From an uncultured Methanosarcinales archaeon (GTDB lineage Archaea; Halobacteriota; Methanosarcinia; Methanosarcinales; Methanoperedenaceae), in assembly GCA_964501085.1 (NCBI GenBank), contig CAZCRM010000001.1, positions 1 through 29,232 of the forward strand: a DNA stretch of 29,232 nucleotides, read 5' to 3'. Positions within the stretch are counted from its first letter, which is position 1, and each line of letters starts with the position of its first letter. Positions 18,033-29,000 of the stretch are shown here, piece by piece. Position numbers and translations under genes: made by a program. The notes under the pieces are model-generated. The model saw nothing but the letters and a program-made list of their open reading frames with translations. It ran no database searches and was not told where the DNA came from.

Positions 18033-19157
18033 TTAAAGTTGTTTAAGCATTATGGACATTATGCTTGAGGTGTTTGATTCTGGAGAAAATGCAAACATCT
18101 CACCTGATAGCTCCTTATTAAATCTATCTGTAATCTCCTTGAATATCATTTTATAAGCCTTACAATGAGGGTCAACACCTTTTATTTCACCTTGGGTAGG
18201 TACTATTGCATTGTAGGGACATCCACCTCTGCAGAAGTTGATGTATGCACATTCGCTACATTCCTGATCTACGTATTCCTTGAACTCATGCATGAGCTTC
18301 CATGCATAGGATTGGGCAAGCTCTTGCTTGGTCGGGTGGTCATATACATTGCCCATAACATACTTTGGCATGTCTACAAAGCGATAGCATGGGTAGATGT
18401 TTCCTTTAGGTCCTATTGCAAAGGTATCACCCATGCAATCTACAAAGGTGCATATCGTACCTCTACCGGTAAAAACAGATTTACAAAGGTGATCAAGATT
18501 CATTATTTCAATCCTACCCATGTTCTGCAGGTATTTATCCAAAAGATAAATCAGAAGCTTACCATATTCCTCTGGATCAAGTGCCCATTTTTCAGGTTTA
18601 TCATCACGTAAAGAAGGTAATGCTGGATGTAATTTAAGGGTTAGCCCGTTCTCTAAGAAGAAATTGAAAATATCCTCCTTAAATCTAATAGAGTAGGAGG
18701 TGATGGTGCATATAAAACTCACCTTGAGACCATGAGCTTTTGCAATCTCATACCCTCGCATGGTTTTTTCGTAGTATCCTTCTCCTCTCTGCAAATCATT
18801 AAGCTCCTTTGGTCCATCTAAGCTTGAACCTATTGGTATATCATACTCAGCCAGAATCTGTGCCAGTTCAGGGGTGATTCTCCAGAGGTTAGTTTGCATG
18901 GCAAACGCTGGCTTCATGTGGCTAAGGCACTGAGATAGTAATGGCAAAGCCTTACGATAAAAGTCTATACCTGCTAAAAGAGGTTCTCCACCATGAAAGG
19001 TGAAAGTCACTGGGTCATCTCGGAAATTCTTGAGCCATTTAATCATTTCTTTGATGGTTTCAAGGCTCATTACAGGAGCGTTTTTCTCAGAACTCCAGCA
19101 ATAACTGCAATTAGATGTGCATCTTAACGTAGGGATTATCATTACATGAAAAGCCAT
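18033..19157 (-). CDS. Radical SAM/SPASM enzyme, putative peptide/protein-modifying (resembles TIGR04083 family)
   Basis: FHVMIIPTLRCTSNCSYC (CX3CX2C), FHGGEPLL, SPASM Cys set C..GNIYPCYRF..CSECAYINFCRGGCP..DPHC. Confidence 0.85.
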   Translation of the reverse strand: MAFHVMIIPTLRCTSNCSYCWSSEKNAPVMSLETIKEMIKWLKNFRDDPVTFTFHGGEPLLAGIDFYRKALPLLSQCLSHMKPAFAMQTNLWRITPELAQILAEYDIPIGSSLDGPKELNDLQRGEGYYEKTMRGYEIAKAHGLKVSFICTITSYSIRFKEDIFNFFLENGLTLKLHPALPSLRDDKPEKWALDPEEYGKLLIYLLDKYLQNMGRIEIMNLDHLCKSVFTGRGTICTFVDCMGDTFAIGPKGNIYPCYRFVDMPKYVMGNVYDHPTKQELAQSYAWKLMHEFKEYVDQECSECAYINFCRGGCPYNAIVPTQGEIKGVDPHCKAYKMIFKEITDRFNKELSGEMFAFSPESNTSSIMSIMLKQL

Positions 19158-19247
19158 ACTGCTCTTAAGCTTCTTAACGATATTAATAGTTTTCTACTTA
19201 CTTGATGCTCTTTTTATGATTAAAAAGATTTTTATTCTGATATTAGC

Positions 19248-20336
19248 TCATACATTAATAAAATGCTCCAGTCTTTTTATAGCTCTGTACTTCTCTTTTC
19301 TATCCAGCTTTGCGCTCTCTAGGGCGTCACGAAGCACTTGAATGGAATTATCATAGGTTTCTTTATCCACAGGATAAGGATAACCATCCTTACCCCCATG
19401 AGCGAAGCTGTACTTTACAGGGTCACGCCAGCTTGGAGGAGTTCCAAACACTATATCCGAGATCAGGGCAAGAGCCTTTATTTTTTTAGGTCCCATTCCT
19501 GAAAGCGATATGAGTTCCTCATAGGTTTCAGGCTGAAGTTCATATGCCCTTCTGAGCACCTCCATACCATGCTTGCCTATATCTATATCAAGAACAGGGT
19601 GGTGGGAAGGAAGAGCAAAACTGCTTTCAAAATCCTCCAGCACTCTCTGTTTTGACAGATACTTTTTCAGATGATCTGGGTTATCCTTTATCAGGTCAAG
19701 ACATACCTCTCTTGCTGCTTCGCTTGCTCTTGCAGTCATGTCAAGAACCTTAGCTTCTTTTCTATCACAGCAGATACCTTCATGTGGCTCTTCTGTGAAG
19801 CTGTGTATGTCTGAAAGCCAGTGGTATCTCCTTGCATAGGTGTTGTTCATGCCCTGCTGTACCACAGCCCACTCACCCTTTTCTGTGAAGAAAAAACAGT
19901 GATGGTATAGCTGATAACCATCCTGAATGCAGGAGTTATCCACCTTTGCTGTCATTCTGCTTGAATACTTCAACCTTTCAATTCTATCAGAGGAAAGCGA
20001 AAGAATCTCGCCCATAGCTTCAATTTCAGCAGGTGTTTTTCTTGACGTGCTTCCTTTTCCACCAGCAACCGCTACACCATGCTCTTCTGGAGAAAGTGCA
20101 ACCTTGAGAGCTCCGCATGTGGTTGTTGTAGTGCCTGAGGAATGCCAGTCAAACCCTAACACACAGGAGAATGCCTGAAACCAGTGAGGGTTGGAGATGC
20201 GCCTGAGAAACTCCTTTACCCCATACTCATAGATGATTACCTCAGCAATACCACCTGCAAGCTTCACCATTCTCTCGAACAACCATCTTGGCGTTTTCCC
20301 GTCATGAAGGGGTAGATTCACACTGCCTGTGCGCAT
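19248..20336 (-). CDS. DUF763-like conserved protein
   Basis: LPLHDGKTPRWLFERM, DWHSSGTTT, KVDNSCIQDGYQLYHH and AHGGKDGYPYPV motifs; ATG at 20336 preferred. Confidence 0.8.
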   Translation of the reverse strand: MRTGSVNLPLHDGKTPRWLFERMVKLAGGIAEVIIYEYGVKEFLRRISNPHWFQAFSCVLGFDWHSSGTTTTTCGALKVALSPEEHGVAVAGGKGSTSRKTPAEIEAMGEILSLSSDRIERLKYSSRMTAKVDNSCIQDGYQLYHHCFFFTEKGEWAVVQQGMNNTYARRYHWLSDIHSFTEEPHEGICCDRKEAKVLDMTARASEAAREVCLDLIKDNPDHLKKYLSKQRVLEDFESSFALPSHHPVLDIDIGKHGMEVLRRAYELQPETYEELISLSGMGPKKIKALALISDIVFGTPPSWRDPVKYSFAHGGKDGYPYPVDKETYDNSIQVLRDALESAKLDRKEKYRAIKRLEHFINV

Positions 20337-20398
20337 AAGATAAACTTTAACCACTTGGGTGTTAAAGTTATTTAAAGCACGGTGAAAGTAAGTTTAAT

Positions 20399-21565
20399 TT
20401 AACTTTTTGGATACAGAGGGGATAATTCTCTCAGCTTTTTAACCACACCAGGTACATGCTCAATAACGTAATCCACATCCTCTTCAGTATTATACCTGCC
20501 CATGGTGAGCAGAAGAGAACCATGAGCTTCCTCATGCTTCAGCCCTATCGCTATGAGCACGTGTGAAGGTTCAAGGGTTTTACTTGTGCATGCAGAACCT
20601 GTGCTTGCTGAAATTCCAAGCTCACTGAGATGAAGAATAATGCTCTCTCCCTCTATAAAACTGAATCTGAAGCTGGCGTTATTAGGCAATCTCTTCGTTC
20701 TATGCCCTGTGAGATAGGTGTACTCTATCTTAAGAATATTGTCTATGAGCTTATCTCTCATTCTAATAAGTCTATCACTTTCTTTTTTCATCTCCTGTTT
20801 TGCAATCTCTGCCGCTTTGCCCATTCCCACGATTCCAGGCATATTTTCAGAACCACTTCTTATCCCCCTCTCCTGTCCTCCACCCAGTATAAGGGGCATG
20901 ATTTTCACCCCTTCCCTGATATAAAGAGCGCCAACCCCTTTTGGGCCATACATATCGTTTGAGGAGATTGTTAATAAATCGATGTGTTCTTCTTCAACAT
21001 TTACAGGAATCTTACCGCATGCAGAGGTTGCATCCACATGGAAAGGTATATTCTTATCTGCTGCGATTTCACCTATCTCCTTTATTGGCTGTATGGTACC
21101 TATCTCTCCATTAGCATACATTATGGAGATAAGGATTGTTTTGTCTGTAATCTCTTCCTTTATTCTCTCAGGGTCAACCATTCCATATTCATCCACTGGT
21201 ACATACGTAACTTTAAATCCATTTTTTTGCAGGTATTTCATGGTATTCATCACAGACATATGTTCAATTGAACTTGTGATGATATGATTTCCCCTATCCT
21301 TGTATCTCATAGCAACTCCACGAAGGGCGAGGTTGTTGGATTCTGTGGCACATGATGTGAATATTATACTCTTGGAAGGTGCACCTATCAGGGATGCCAC
21401 CCTTTCCCGTGCAGTCTCAAGTTCCTTTTTTGCCTTTCTTCCATGAGAGTGAAGTGAGGACGGATTTCCTATGTGTTTATCAAAAAAGGGCATCATTGCC
21501 TCAATTACCCTTGAATCAACAGGTGAGGCTGAGCCATAGTCCATATAAACATTCATATTCATCAC
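20399..21565 (-). CDS. iscS: Cysteine desulfurase (IscS/NifS group I)
   Basis: [34 protein letters not shown] and STGSACTS catalytic loop. Confidence 0.92.
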   Translation of the reverse strand: MMNMNVYMDYGSASPVDSRVIEAMMPFFDKHIGNPSSLHSHGRKAKKELETARERVASLIGAPSKSIIFTSCATESNNLALRGVAMRYKDRGNHIITSSIEHMSVMNTMKYLQKNGFKVTYVPVDEYGMVDPERIKEEITDKTILISIMYANGEIGTIQPIKEIGEIAADKNIPFHVDATSACGKIPVNVEEEHIDLLTISSNDMYGPKGVGALYIREGVKIMPLILGGGQERGIRSGSENMPGIVGMGKAAEIAKQEMKKESDRLIRMRDKLIDNILKIEYTYLTGHRTKRLPNNASFRFSFIEGESIILHLSELGISASTGSACTSKTLEPSHVLIAIGLKHEEAHGSLLLTMGRYNTEEDVDYVIEHVPGVVKKLRELSPLYPKS

Positions 21566-21925
21566 CTAAAACCACATGGTTGCGTTTGCTTCAAGTACTA
21601 AATCATTGAGAGTTGCAGCGCCAACTATCTCAGCTTCTGGAATAAAATCTCCTTTTTCAAGATTGATGAGCTTACAGCTCTGCTCGCATACCATTAACTT
21701 CACCCCTGCTTTTATAGACTGCTCAAGTACTTCCTTGAGTGGAGGAAAACTTCCCACTCTAACCTTTTCAGCATTACCTTTCTTGACCACGGTTATTCCT
21801 CTACCAAGGAAATATATTATCGCTTCTATTCCCATAGCTTTTGCTGTCTGTGCAAGAATGAAAGGTGAGTACAGCCGTTCTGGAGTATCTATCCCACTGG
21901 TCTGGACATATAGAATACTTGTCAT
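21566..21925 (-). CDS. DsrE/DsrF-like family protein
   Basis: SPFILAQTAKAMG, IYFLGRG, KLMVCEQSC and IVGAATL pattern typical of the DsrE fold; abuts iscS. Confidence 0.8.
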   Translation of the reverse strand: MTSILYVQTSGIDTPERLYSPFILAQTAKAMGIEAIIYFLGRGITVVKKGNAEKVRVGSFPPLKEVLEQSIKAGVKLMVCEQSCKLINLEKGDFIPEAEIVGAATLNDLVLEANATMWF

Positions 21926-22022
21926 GTGTTCTCCTACTCGTTCATGATAGATACGTTTTTCTAATGCTATACCCGCTGATAAATAAATAAGTTTTAATAC
22001 CCTATCGTTCTACTTGTTAAGT

Positions 22023-22685
22023 ATGAATGTTGTTTTGCTTGGAGCGCCAGGTGCAGGAAAAGGAACTCAGGCTAAGAAAATAGCAGAGTATTATTCAATC
22101 CCACATATCTCCACTGGTGACATACTTCGCCATCACATAAACAATAAAACACCGTTAGGATTAAAAGCCGAATCATATATGTCAAAAGGGGAGCTTGTGC
22201 CTGATGAACTGTTAATATCCATAATAAAAACAAGCATAGTAGAACAAAATTGTAAGAAAGGCTTTTTGCTTGATGGTTTTCCCAGAACCATACCTCAAGC
22301 ACATGCCCTTGATTATATGCTAAAGGAAGCGAATAAGAAGCTTGATGTTGTTCTGAATATCGATGTGAATCAAGAAGAGTTGATCAAACGCCTTTCAGGA
22401 AGAAGGATGTGCTCATGCGGTGCGAGTTATCATGTGGAGTTCAACCCTCCTAAATTACAAGGAGTATGTGATGTATGCAATGCAAAGCTGTATCAGCGCC
22501 CAGATGATAAACCCGAGGCGGTAAGAAACAGGCTGATTGCCTATGATAATCAAACCCGGCCTTTAATAGACTACTACAACAAAAAAGGAATTCTCAGAAC
22601 CATAGATGGAAGTAAAGGTATCTCTGAGGTCTTTGAGGAAATAAAGAAGGTACTGGAGGAGTATGATCAAAAGGATATTAAATAA
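22023..22685 (+). CDS. adk: Adenylate kinase (long, Zn-lid type)
   Basis: GAPGAGKGTQ, HISTGDILR, GFLLDGFPRT; lid with CSC...CDVC; ATG at 22023. Confidence 0.95.
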   Translation: MNVVLLGAPGAGKGTQAKKIAEYYSIPHISTGDILRHHINNKTPLGLKAESYMSKGELVPDELLISIIKTSIVEQNCKKGFLLDGFPRTIPQAHALDYMLKEANKKLDVVLNIDVNQEELIKRLSGRRMCSCGASYHVEFNPPKLQGVCDVCNAKLYQRPDDKPEAVRNRLIAYDNQTRPLIDYYNKKGILRTIDGSKGISEVFEEIKKVLEEYDQKDIK

Positions 22686-23259
22686 AATCATACTATGGAC
22701 TGGTATCTTCCTCATGGTGGGTATTCTTGTGTTCCCGAATTTGAGAGAGGTAATAGGCAAAGTAATGGGAAGCTTTCTGAACCCACTCTTGTATTTTCTT
22801 CCACTGCATATGATCATCTTCATTCTTGCTGCCATAACAGGATTGTATGCCTCTCTGATTCAGAAGTATACCATGGACTGGGAACTGATAAAACGGGTTC
22901 AGGAGAAAATGAAAGCTATACAGAAAGAGTTCAGACAGGCACAGCTTGCCAACAATCTCCAGAAGATAAAAAAACTGGAAGCACAGCGTGCAGAGCTTCT
23001 CTCAGAACAGATGGAGATGAGCAAACAACAGCTTAAGCCCATGCTGTACATAAGCATCATCTCAATTCCTCTGTTCTTCTGGGTGTATTTAGCCATAAAC
23101 CAGCATCCTGATGCTTCTATGGTATTTCCTTTCTGGGGTGAACAGAAATTAAGTGCCCCTCTTTTTGGTCCCTTTCAGTACTGGTTATTCTGGTATTTCT
23201 TATGCTCTTATCTTGTCAGTCAGATAACAAGGAAAGCACTGAATATAGGCGGTATGTAG
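22663..23259 (+). CDS. DUF106/EMC3-TMCO1 (Oxa1 superfamily) membrane protein
   Basis: TM helix, coiled-coil (MDWELIKRVQEKMK...), LKPM, C-terminal WYFLCS; located between adk and cmk as in other archaea. Confidence 0.85.
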   Translation: MIKRILNKIILWTGIFLMVGILVFPNLREVIGKVMGSFLNPLLYFLPLHMIIFILAAITGLYASLIQKYTMDWELIKRVQEKMKAIQKEFRQAQLANNLQKIKKLEAQRAELLSEQMEMSKQQLKPMLYISIISIPLFFWVYLAINQHPDASMVFPFWGEQKLSAPLFGPFQYWLFWYFLCSYLVSQITRKALNIGGM

Positions 23260-23781
23260 GTGATAATCACAGTCAGTGGTCCACCTGGCAGTGGAAAAAG
23301 CACGTTATCAAGAATACTCTCTGCAAGACTCGGGATGGAGTTAATTTCTGCTGGAGATATCTTCAGGAGGATGGCAAGTGAGAGATGCATGTCACTTGAG
23401 GAGTTTGGCATGCTTGCTAAGTGTGATGAGAACATAGATAGAAAGCTGGATGAAATGCAGAAAAAAATCGCACAGGAAAAGGATAATATCATACTCGAAG
23501 GCAGGCTCTCTGGATTTCTGGTGGATGCTGATCTGAAGGTAGGGCTCAAAGCTCCTCTTGAGGTAAGAGCACGGCGCATCGCAAAGAGAGAAGGTACGTC
23601 TGTTTCTTCAGCCATGAAGGAAACCTTAGAAAGAGAGAGATGTGAGAGAGAACGTTATCTTAAATATTATAATATTGATATTAACAACCTCTCTATATAT
23701 GATTTGGTGATAGATTCCAGCAGGTGGAAACCTGAAGAAATATATGAGATAGTGGCAAAAGCTCTGGAGTATCTGCGGTAA
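23260..23781 (+). CDS. cmk: Archaeal cytidylate kinase
   Basis: MIITVSGPPGSGKST, SAGDIFR, LEGRLSG, RARRIAKRE and YDLVIDS motifs. Confidence 0.92.
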   Translation: MIITVSGPPGSGKSTLSRILSARLGMELISAGDIFRRMASERCMSLEEFGMLAKCDENIDRKLDEMQKKIAQEKDNIILEGRLSGFLVDADLKVGLKAPLEVRARRIAKREGTSVSSAMKETLERERCERERYLKYYNIDINNLSIYDLVIDSSRWKPEEIYEIVAKALEYLR

Positions 23782-23829
23782 TGCAGAACAGCTATAGCTT
23801 GGTTCTTACTTGTGAAGTCTCAGGGTGGG

Positions 23830-24150
23830 TCAAACCATGGTCCAGTCAAGTTGGTAGCCGTCAAGCGTCATGAGGGTGATTTTTTGCTTTCTGTCCGGAA
23901 GTTCATATGGCAAGTCTTCATACCCTATGTAGAGTTCATCACCTGGGTTGATATCAGGCGGAGGATTGATAACCTTTCCAAAAAAATATTTTTTCTTTGT
24001 TTTCAGGTCCTGAACCACTACATTCCTCCAGCCCTTTGCCTGAGCCACGCGCACAACCTTGCATTTCCTTTTGAATTTCCTTAATTTCTTCTTGACTCCC
24101 TGTATCTCGGTTTCTATTATCTGTTCATCAATTTCATTCGTTCCATTCAT
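23830..24150 (-). CDS. Hypothetical protein (basic, beta-rich)
   Basis: 106-aa ORF with ATG and AGGT ribosome-binding-like site; no family recognised. Confidence 0.65.
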   Translation of the reverse strand: MNGTNEIDEQIIETEIQGVKKKLRKFKRKCKVVRVAQAKGWRNVVVQDLKTKKKYFFGKVINPPPDINPGDELYIGYEDLPYELPDRKQKITLMTLDGYQLDWTMV

Positions 24151-24194
24151 AGGTTACCTTGATATACCAGTACATGTATTAATGTTACTGTCAG

Positions 24195-24422
24195 GTGATA
24201 ACCGTGGGACTCCCAGCTATCAAACGTTATTTGGTTGAATTACTGCATAACTATAAGCTATCCTATGAAGAGATTGGAGCATATACAGGCATAGACCCTG
24301 AACGAATCAAAGCCATCAGGAAGGGTGAAGAACCCACAGAAGAAGAGAAGCTAAGAATTCGAGAGGTAGCCTTTTCTCTTGCTGAACTTCGACAAAAGGA
24401 TATAGGTGAGACCTTAGAATAG
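24195..24422 (+). CDS. Small helix-turn-helix (XRE-like) protein
   Basis: LSYEEIGAYTGIDPERIKAIRKGEEP resembles an HTH_XRE helix pattern; GGTG(A) at the start. Confidence 0.65.
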   Translation: MITVGLPAIKRYLVELLHNYKLSYEEIGAYTGIDPERIKAIRKGEEPTEEEKLRIREVAFSLAELRQKDIGETLE

Positions 24423-25631
24423 TCAGGCGAACATCGTTGTATCCTCTTTAGCTCGCTTTACAAAGAGCTTGTGATAGGCATCTTTGAAATCCTGCATAGT
24501 TACAGCCTTACCCCTTCGTCTTATCACAAACATCCCTGCTTCAGTCACTATAGCTTTTAAATCAGCTCCGCTCAGCCCTTCAGTCATCGCAACGAGTTCA
24601 TCAAAGTTTACCTTCTCAAGTTTCATGTTACGTGTATGAATCTTAAGTATCTCCTTCCTCCCTTTTGCATCTGGTAGAGGTATCTCTATGATTCTATCAA
24701 ACCTGCCTGGTCTTAAAAGAGCAGGGTCAAGAAGATCAATACGGTTTGTGGCTGCAACGATTTTCACATCCCCACGAGCATCAAAACCGTCAAGTTCTGC
24801 CAGAAGCTGTACCATCGTTCTATTTACCTCAGATGAACCTGTAGTTCCATCATAGGTTCTCCTGCTTCCAACAGCATCGATCTCATCTATAAAAACAATA
24901 CTAGGTGACTTTTCCCTTGCAATACTGAAAACATCCCTCACGAGACGAGCTCCTTCACCTATATATTTCTGCACAAGCTCGCTTCCACTCATCCTTATAA
25001 ATGTTGCCTTGGCACTGTGTGCCACAGCCTTTGCAATAAGAGTTTTACCAGAGCCAGGGGGACCATAAAGCAATACACCTTTGGGAGGTTCTACTCCAAC
25101 ATCCTCGAAAAGCTCTGGGTTTGTGAGGGGAAGTTCAAGGGTTTCGATAATCTCTTTTATCTGACGATCCAGACCACCTATCATGCTGTAATCTATATCA
25201 GGTATTTCTATAAGTTCCATTACCCTTGCCCTTATATCTGCTGACTTCGAAAGTACTTTTACGATGGCAAGATTATTTGTAACCGCTACCCTTGCTCCCA
25301 CCTCTATTTTGGATCTGAGCTCTTCGGGTATTATGGTGAGCACTTCCTGGTTACTGCCATGCTGTCTTAATAATGCCATGCCATCAGTAATCTCTTCAAC
25401 ACTGCATATAAATAAAGGAGGTTTTTTGAGCTCTTCTATCTGTCTCTGGTAATTCTGAATACTCTGAACGTATTTATTATTCAGGATGGCTGCTTCAAGA
25501 AGCTTTGAATGCATCTCGTTGATCTGCTTCTTCAGGGATTCAATGGTTTTCTGGAGTTCTTCTATTTTTGAAAGATTTCCCTCTTTTATCGTACTTTCAG
25601 TGGTCTGTGGCTTTGCCATTGCATCATCCAT
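24423..25631 (-). CDS. pan: Proteasome-activating nucleotidase (AAA+ ATPase)
   Basis: N-terminal coiled coil, PPL, GVLLYGPPGSGKT, FIDEIDAVG, AATNRIDLLDPALLRPGRFDR, C-terminal MFA; start could be 25631 or 25619. Confidence 0.92.
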   Translation of the reverse strand: MDDAMAKPQTTESTIKEGNLSKIEELQKTIESLKKQINEMHSKLLEAAILNNKYVQSIQNYQRQIEELKKPPLFICSVEEITDGMALLRQHGSNQEVLTIIPEELRSKIEVGARVAVTNNLAIVKVLSKSADIRARVMELIEIPDIDYSMIGGLDRQIKEIIETLELPLTNPELFEDVGVEPPKGVLLYGPPGSGKTLIAKAVAHSAKATFIRMSGSELVQKYIGEGARLVRDVFSIAREKSPSIVFIDEIDAVGSRRTYDGTTGSSEVNRTMVQLLAELDGFDARGDVKIVAATNRIDLLDPALLRPGRFDRIIEIPLPDAKGRKEILKIHTRNMKLEKVNFDELVAMTEGLSGADLKAIVTEAGMFVIRRRGKAVTMQDFKDAYHKLFVKRAKEDTTMFA

Positions 25632-25826
25632 GTTATATAGTGTGGAGTTATACCATATAAACATTGTCTGTTGGTGTGTGTTCTGATTGCTGTACTTAAG
25701 GTTATGAATATATCAGTAACAAGTTTTGTCAGATAATATTACATCTTGCTATTTCGTCAATTAGCATACAACTAATCCTCAGCTATAAATACTAAAAACA
25801 TCCTATCCTGAAAATAAAGGGTAGAA

Positions 25827-26057
25827 ATGTCCGTAGGAAGATGTGGTCTTGCCTGTGAGGTATGTGTATACTTTAACAGAGAATGTCTTGGCTGTGAAAA
25901 AGAGAATCGAATAAAAAACGTATGCATCATTTTCAAATGCACTGAAATAAAAAATATTAAATGCTGTTTAAGATGTCCTGATTATCCCTGCAGACTCATG
26001 CGAGGGTTATCAAAGGCATACTGTCCTGCATACACCATGATCAAGTTCCCACCATAA
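25827..26057 (+). CDS. Small Cys-rich metal-binding protein (DUF3795-like)
   Basis: CGLACEVC, CLGC, C..C and CCLRCPDYPC pattern. Confidence 0.7.
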   Translation: MSVGRCGLACEVCVYFNRECLGCEKENRIKNVCIIFKCTEIKNIKCCLRCPDYPCRLMRGLSKAYCPAYTMIKFPP

Positions 26058-26078
26058 GGTTCATTACGTTATATCATT

Positions 26079-29000
26079 ATGCCCTCAAAATGGCAGTTCT
26101 GGATTGATCGAGGCGGAACATTCACAGATATCATAGCTGTTAGCCCAGAGGGCAGGCTTATTGTGCATAAGCTTCTGTCAGACAACCCTGAACGCTATAG
26201 TGATGCTGCTCTTCAGGGGATAAGGGATATATTATGCTTACCTCCTGATGCACCTATCCCTTCTGAAAAAATCGAAAGCATCAGAATGGGAACCACAGTA
26301 GGAACCAACGCACTATTGGAGCGAAAGGGTGAAGCAACCGCTTTAGTTATCACCAAAGGTTTTAGGGATGCTCTGCGCATCGCTTACCAGAATAGACCTG
26401 ACATTTTTGCCTTGAATATTAAACTTCCTGAATTATTATATGAGAAAGTTATTGAGGTAAGGGAGAGATACGATGCTCATGGTAATGAACTCCTCTCATT
26501 AGACATTGATGCAGCACGTGCTGAGCTTGAGAAGGCATTCAAGGAAGGCATTCGCTCTGTAGCCATAGTGTTCATGCATGCCTACCGTTATCCCAAGCAT
26601 GAGCTTCAGGTGGCTGAACTGGCAAAGAGCATAGGATTTACCCAGATATCGGTTTCGCATAAAGTAAGTCCACTGATGAAACTAATTTCACGAGGAGAGA
26701 CTACTGTAGTGGATGCCTATCTTTCCCCTGTTCTTCATCGCTATATTGAGAAAATAATGACAGAACTTGAAGCTGGAGATACCAAACTCATGTTCATGCA
26801 GTCTAATGGAGGGCTTGCTGATGCTAAGCATTTCAGAGGGAAGGACTGCATACTTTCAGGGCCAGCAGGTGGTGTTGTGGGTGCAGTTGTCACCTCCAGG
26901 ATGGCGGGATTTGATAAAATCATAAGCTTTGATATGGGTGGCACCTCTACAGACGTAGCTCATTACAATGGAGAGTATGAGCGCAGTTTCGAGACCAGCA
27001 TAGCAGGTGTACGCCTTCGCTCACCCATGCTTAATATTCATACTATAGCTGCAGGTGGTGGCTCCATACTTCATTTTGATGGAAAAAGATTCAGAGTAGG
27101 TCCAAGGTCTGCGGGAGCAAATCCTGGCCCTGCTTGTTATCGCAGAGGCGGACCTCTAACAATTACCGACTGCAATGTTATGCTTGGTAAACTTCTACCT
27201 GATTTCTTTCCAAAGGTTTTTGGTCCTAAAGGTAATCTTCCTATCGATACTCAAGTGGTAAAGGAGAAATTCGAGGAACTTTCTCAGAGGATTCGCTCTT
27301 CTACAGGCATCTCTTATTCTCCAGAAGAAGTAGCTGAGGGATTTCTTTCTGTGGCTGTTGAGAACATGGCAAATGCCATCAAAAAAATCTCGGTAGATAA
27401 AGGGTATGACCTTAAGGAGTATGTTCTTTGTTGTTTTGGTGGTGCTGGAGGACAGCATGCATGCAGGGTAGCTGATGCCCTTGGTATTACCAAGATATTT
27501 ATACATCCTTATGCAGGCGTGCTCTCAGCCTATGGAATGGGTCTGGCAGACCAGAGGATTATTCATGAACATGCTGTTGAGAAGCCTCTGGATAAGAGCT
27601 TAATGAAAGAGATTGAAACCATACTTGCACAGCTTGAAGCCAAAGGTAGAGATAAGATTGCAGAAGAGAATATCATGGTAAAGCGAAAGGTGCATATACG
27701 TTATGAAGGAAGTGATACCCCACTTATAGTGGACTTTGGGAATATTGAAACCATAATATCGAATTTTCAAAAAGCTCATCGTCAGCGCTTTGGCTTCATC
27801 ATGGATAAAGCCCTTATCGTGGAAGCGGTTTCTGTTGAGGTGATCGGAGTTACAAAAAAGCAAGAGGAGCAGGTTGTTATACATAAAAATATTAAACCTT
27901 CCCCGGTAGCTATGGTTAGGATGTACACCTACAACGCTTTTCATGAAACTCCTGTTTTTTTGCGTGAGCATCTTAAGGGTCGCATACCTGGTCCTGCCAT
28001 CATCATAGACTCCACCTCTACCATAATCATAGAGCCAGGATGGGAAGGTGAAGTTACCCCAAAAGGTTATCTGATTCTCACCAGAAAAACCTCTTTACCA
28101 GATGTAAAGGTTGCATCCTTCGATCCTGTGATGCTTGAGATATTCAATAATAGATTTATCTCGATTGCAGAGCAGATGGGGTATGTCTTAAAAAACACAG
28201 CGTATTCTGTGAATATCAAGGAGCGTCTTGATTTTTCCTGTGCTATCTTTGATAGGAAGGGGAATTTAATAGCCAGTGCCCCTCATATACCAGTGCATAT
28301 CGGTTCTATGGGAGAGTGTGTTAGATCTTTACTAAAATATAAAATTCATCCCGGAGATGTATTCATGCTGAACTCGCCATATCATGGTGGGACGCATCTT
28401 CCTGACATCACTGTTGTAACTCCAGTGTTTGATAAGGATGAGCTAATATTCTTTGTTGCTTCCCGAGGTCATCATGCAGATGTAGGGGGAATTACTCCAG
28501 GCTCAATGCCTCCCAACAGTAAAAGTATTCATGAAGAAGGAGTTATAACAAGCTGCTTCAAGCTTTTGAGCAAGGGCAAATTCCGTGAGAAGGAGTTAAG
28601 AATGTGGTTACTCTCTGGAGATTATCCTGCCAGAAACCCTCATCAAAACATCTCTGATCTTATGGCTCAGATAGCAGCCAATCAGAAAGGAGTAAAAGAG
28701 CTTAGAAAACTTGTGAAGCAATATTCATTAAAAACAGTTAATGAGTATATGCAGCATGTACTAAGTTGTGGTGAGGAGGCGGTGCGCAGATTAATAGATG
28801 TGCTGAAGGAAGGAAGCTTCACGTATGTAATGGATGATGATAGTGTTATTAAGGTAAGAATAACAATAGATAAAAATAAAAGAAATATAGTTATTGATTT
28901 TACAGGTACCTCACCTCAACACGGTAACTTAAATGCTCCTAAGGCGGTTTGCAAGGCTGCCGTGCTTTATGTCTTCCGTACGCTTATCAAGGAAGACATT

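Noticed and set aside
25827-26057. Cys-rich small protein as the substrate of the radical SAM enzyme
   Set aside because: It is about 6.7 kb away, and its Cys spacing looks like a folded metal-binding DUF3795-like domain rather than a leader-core precursor
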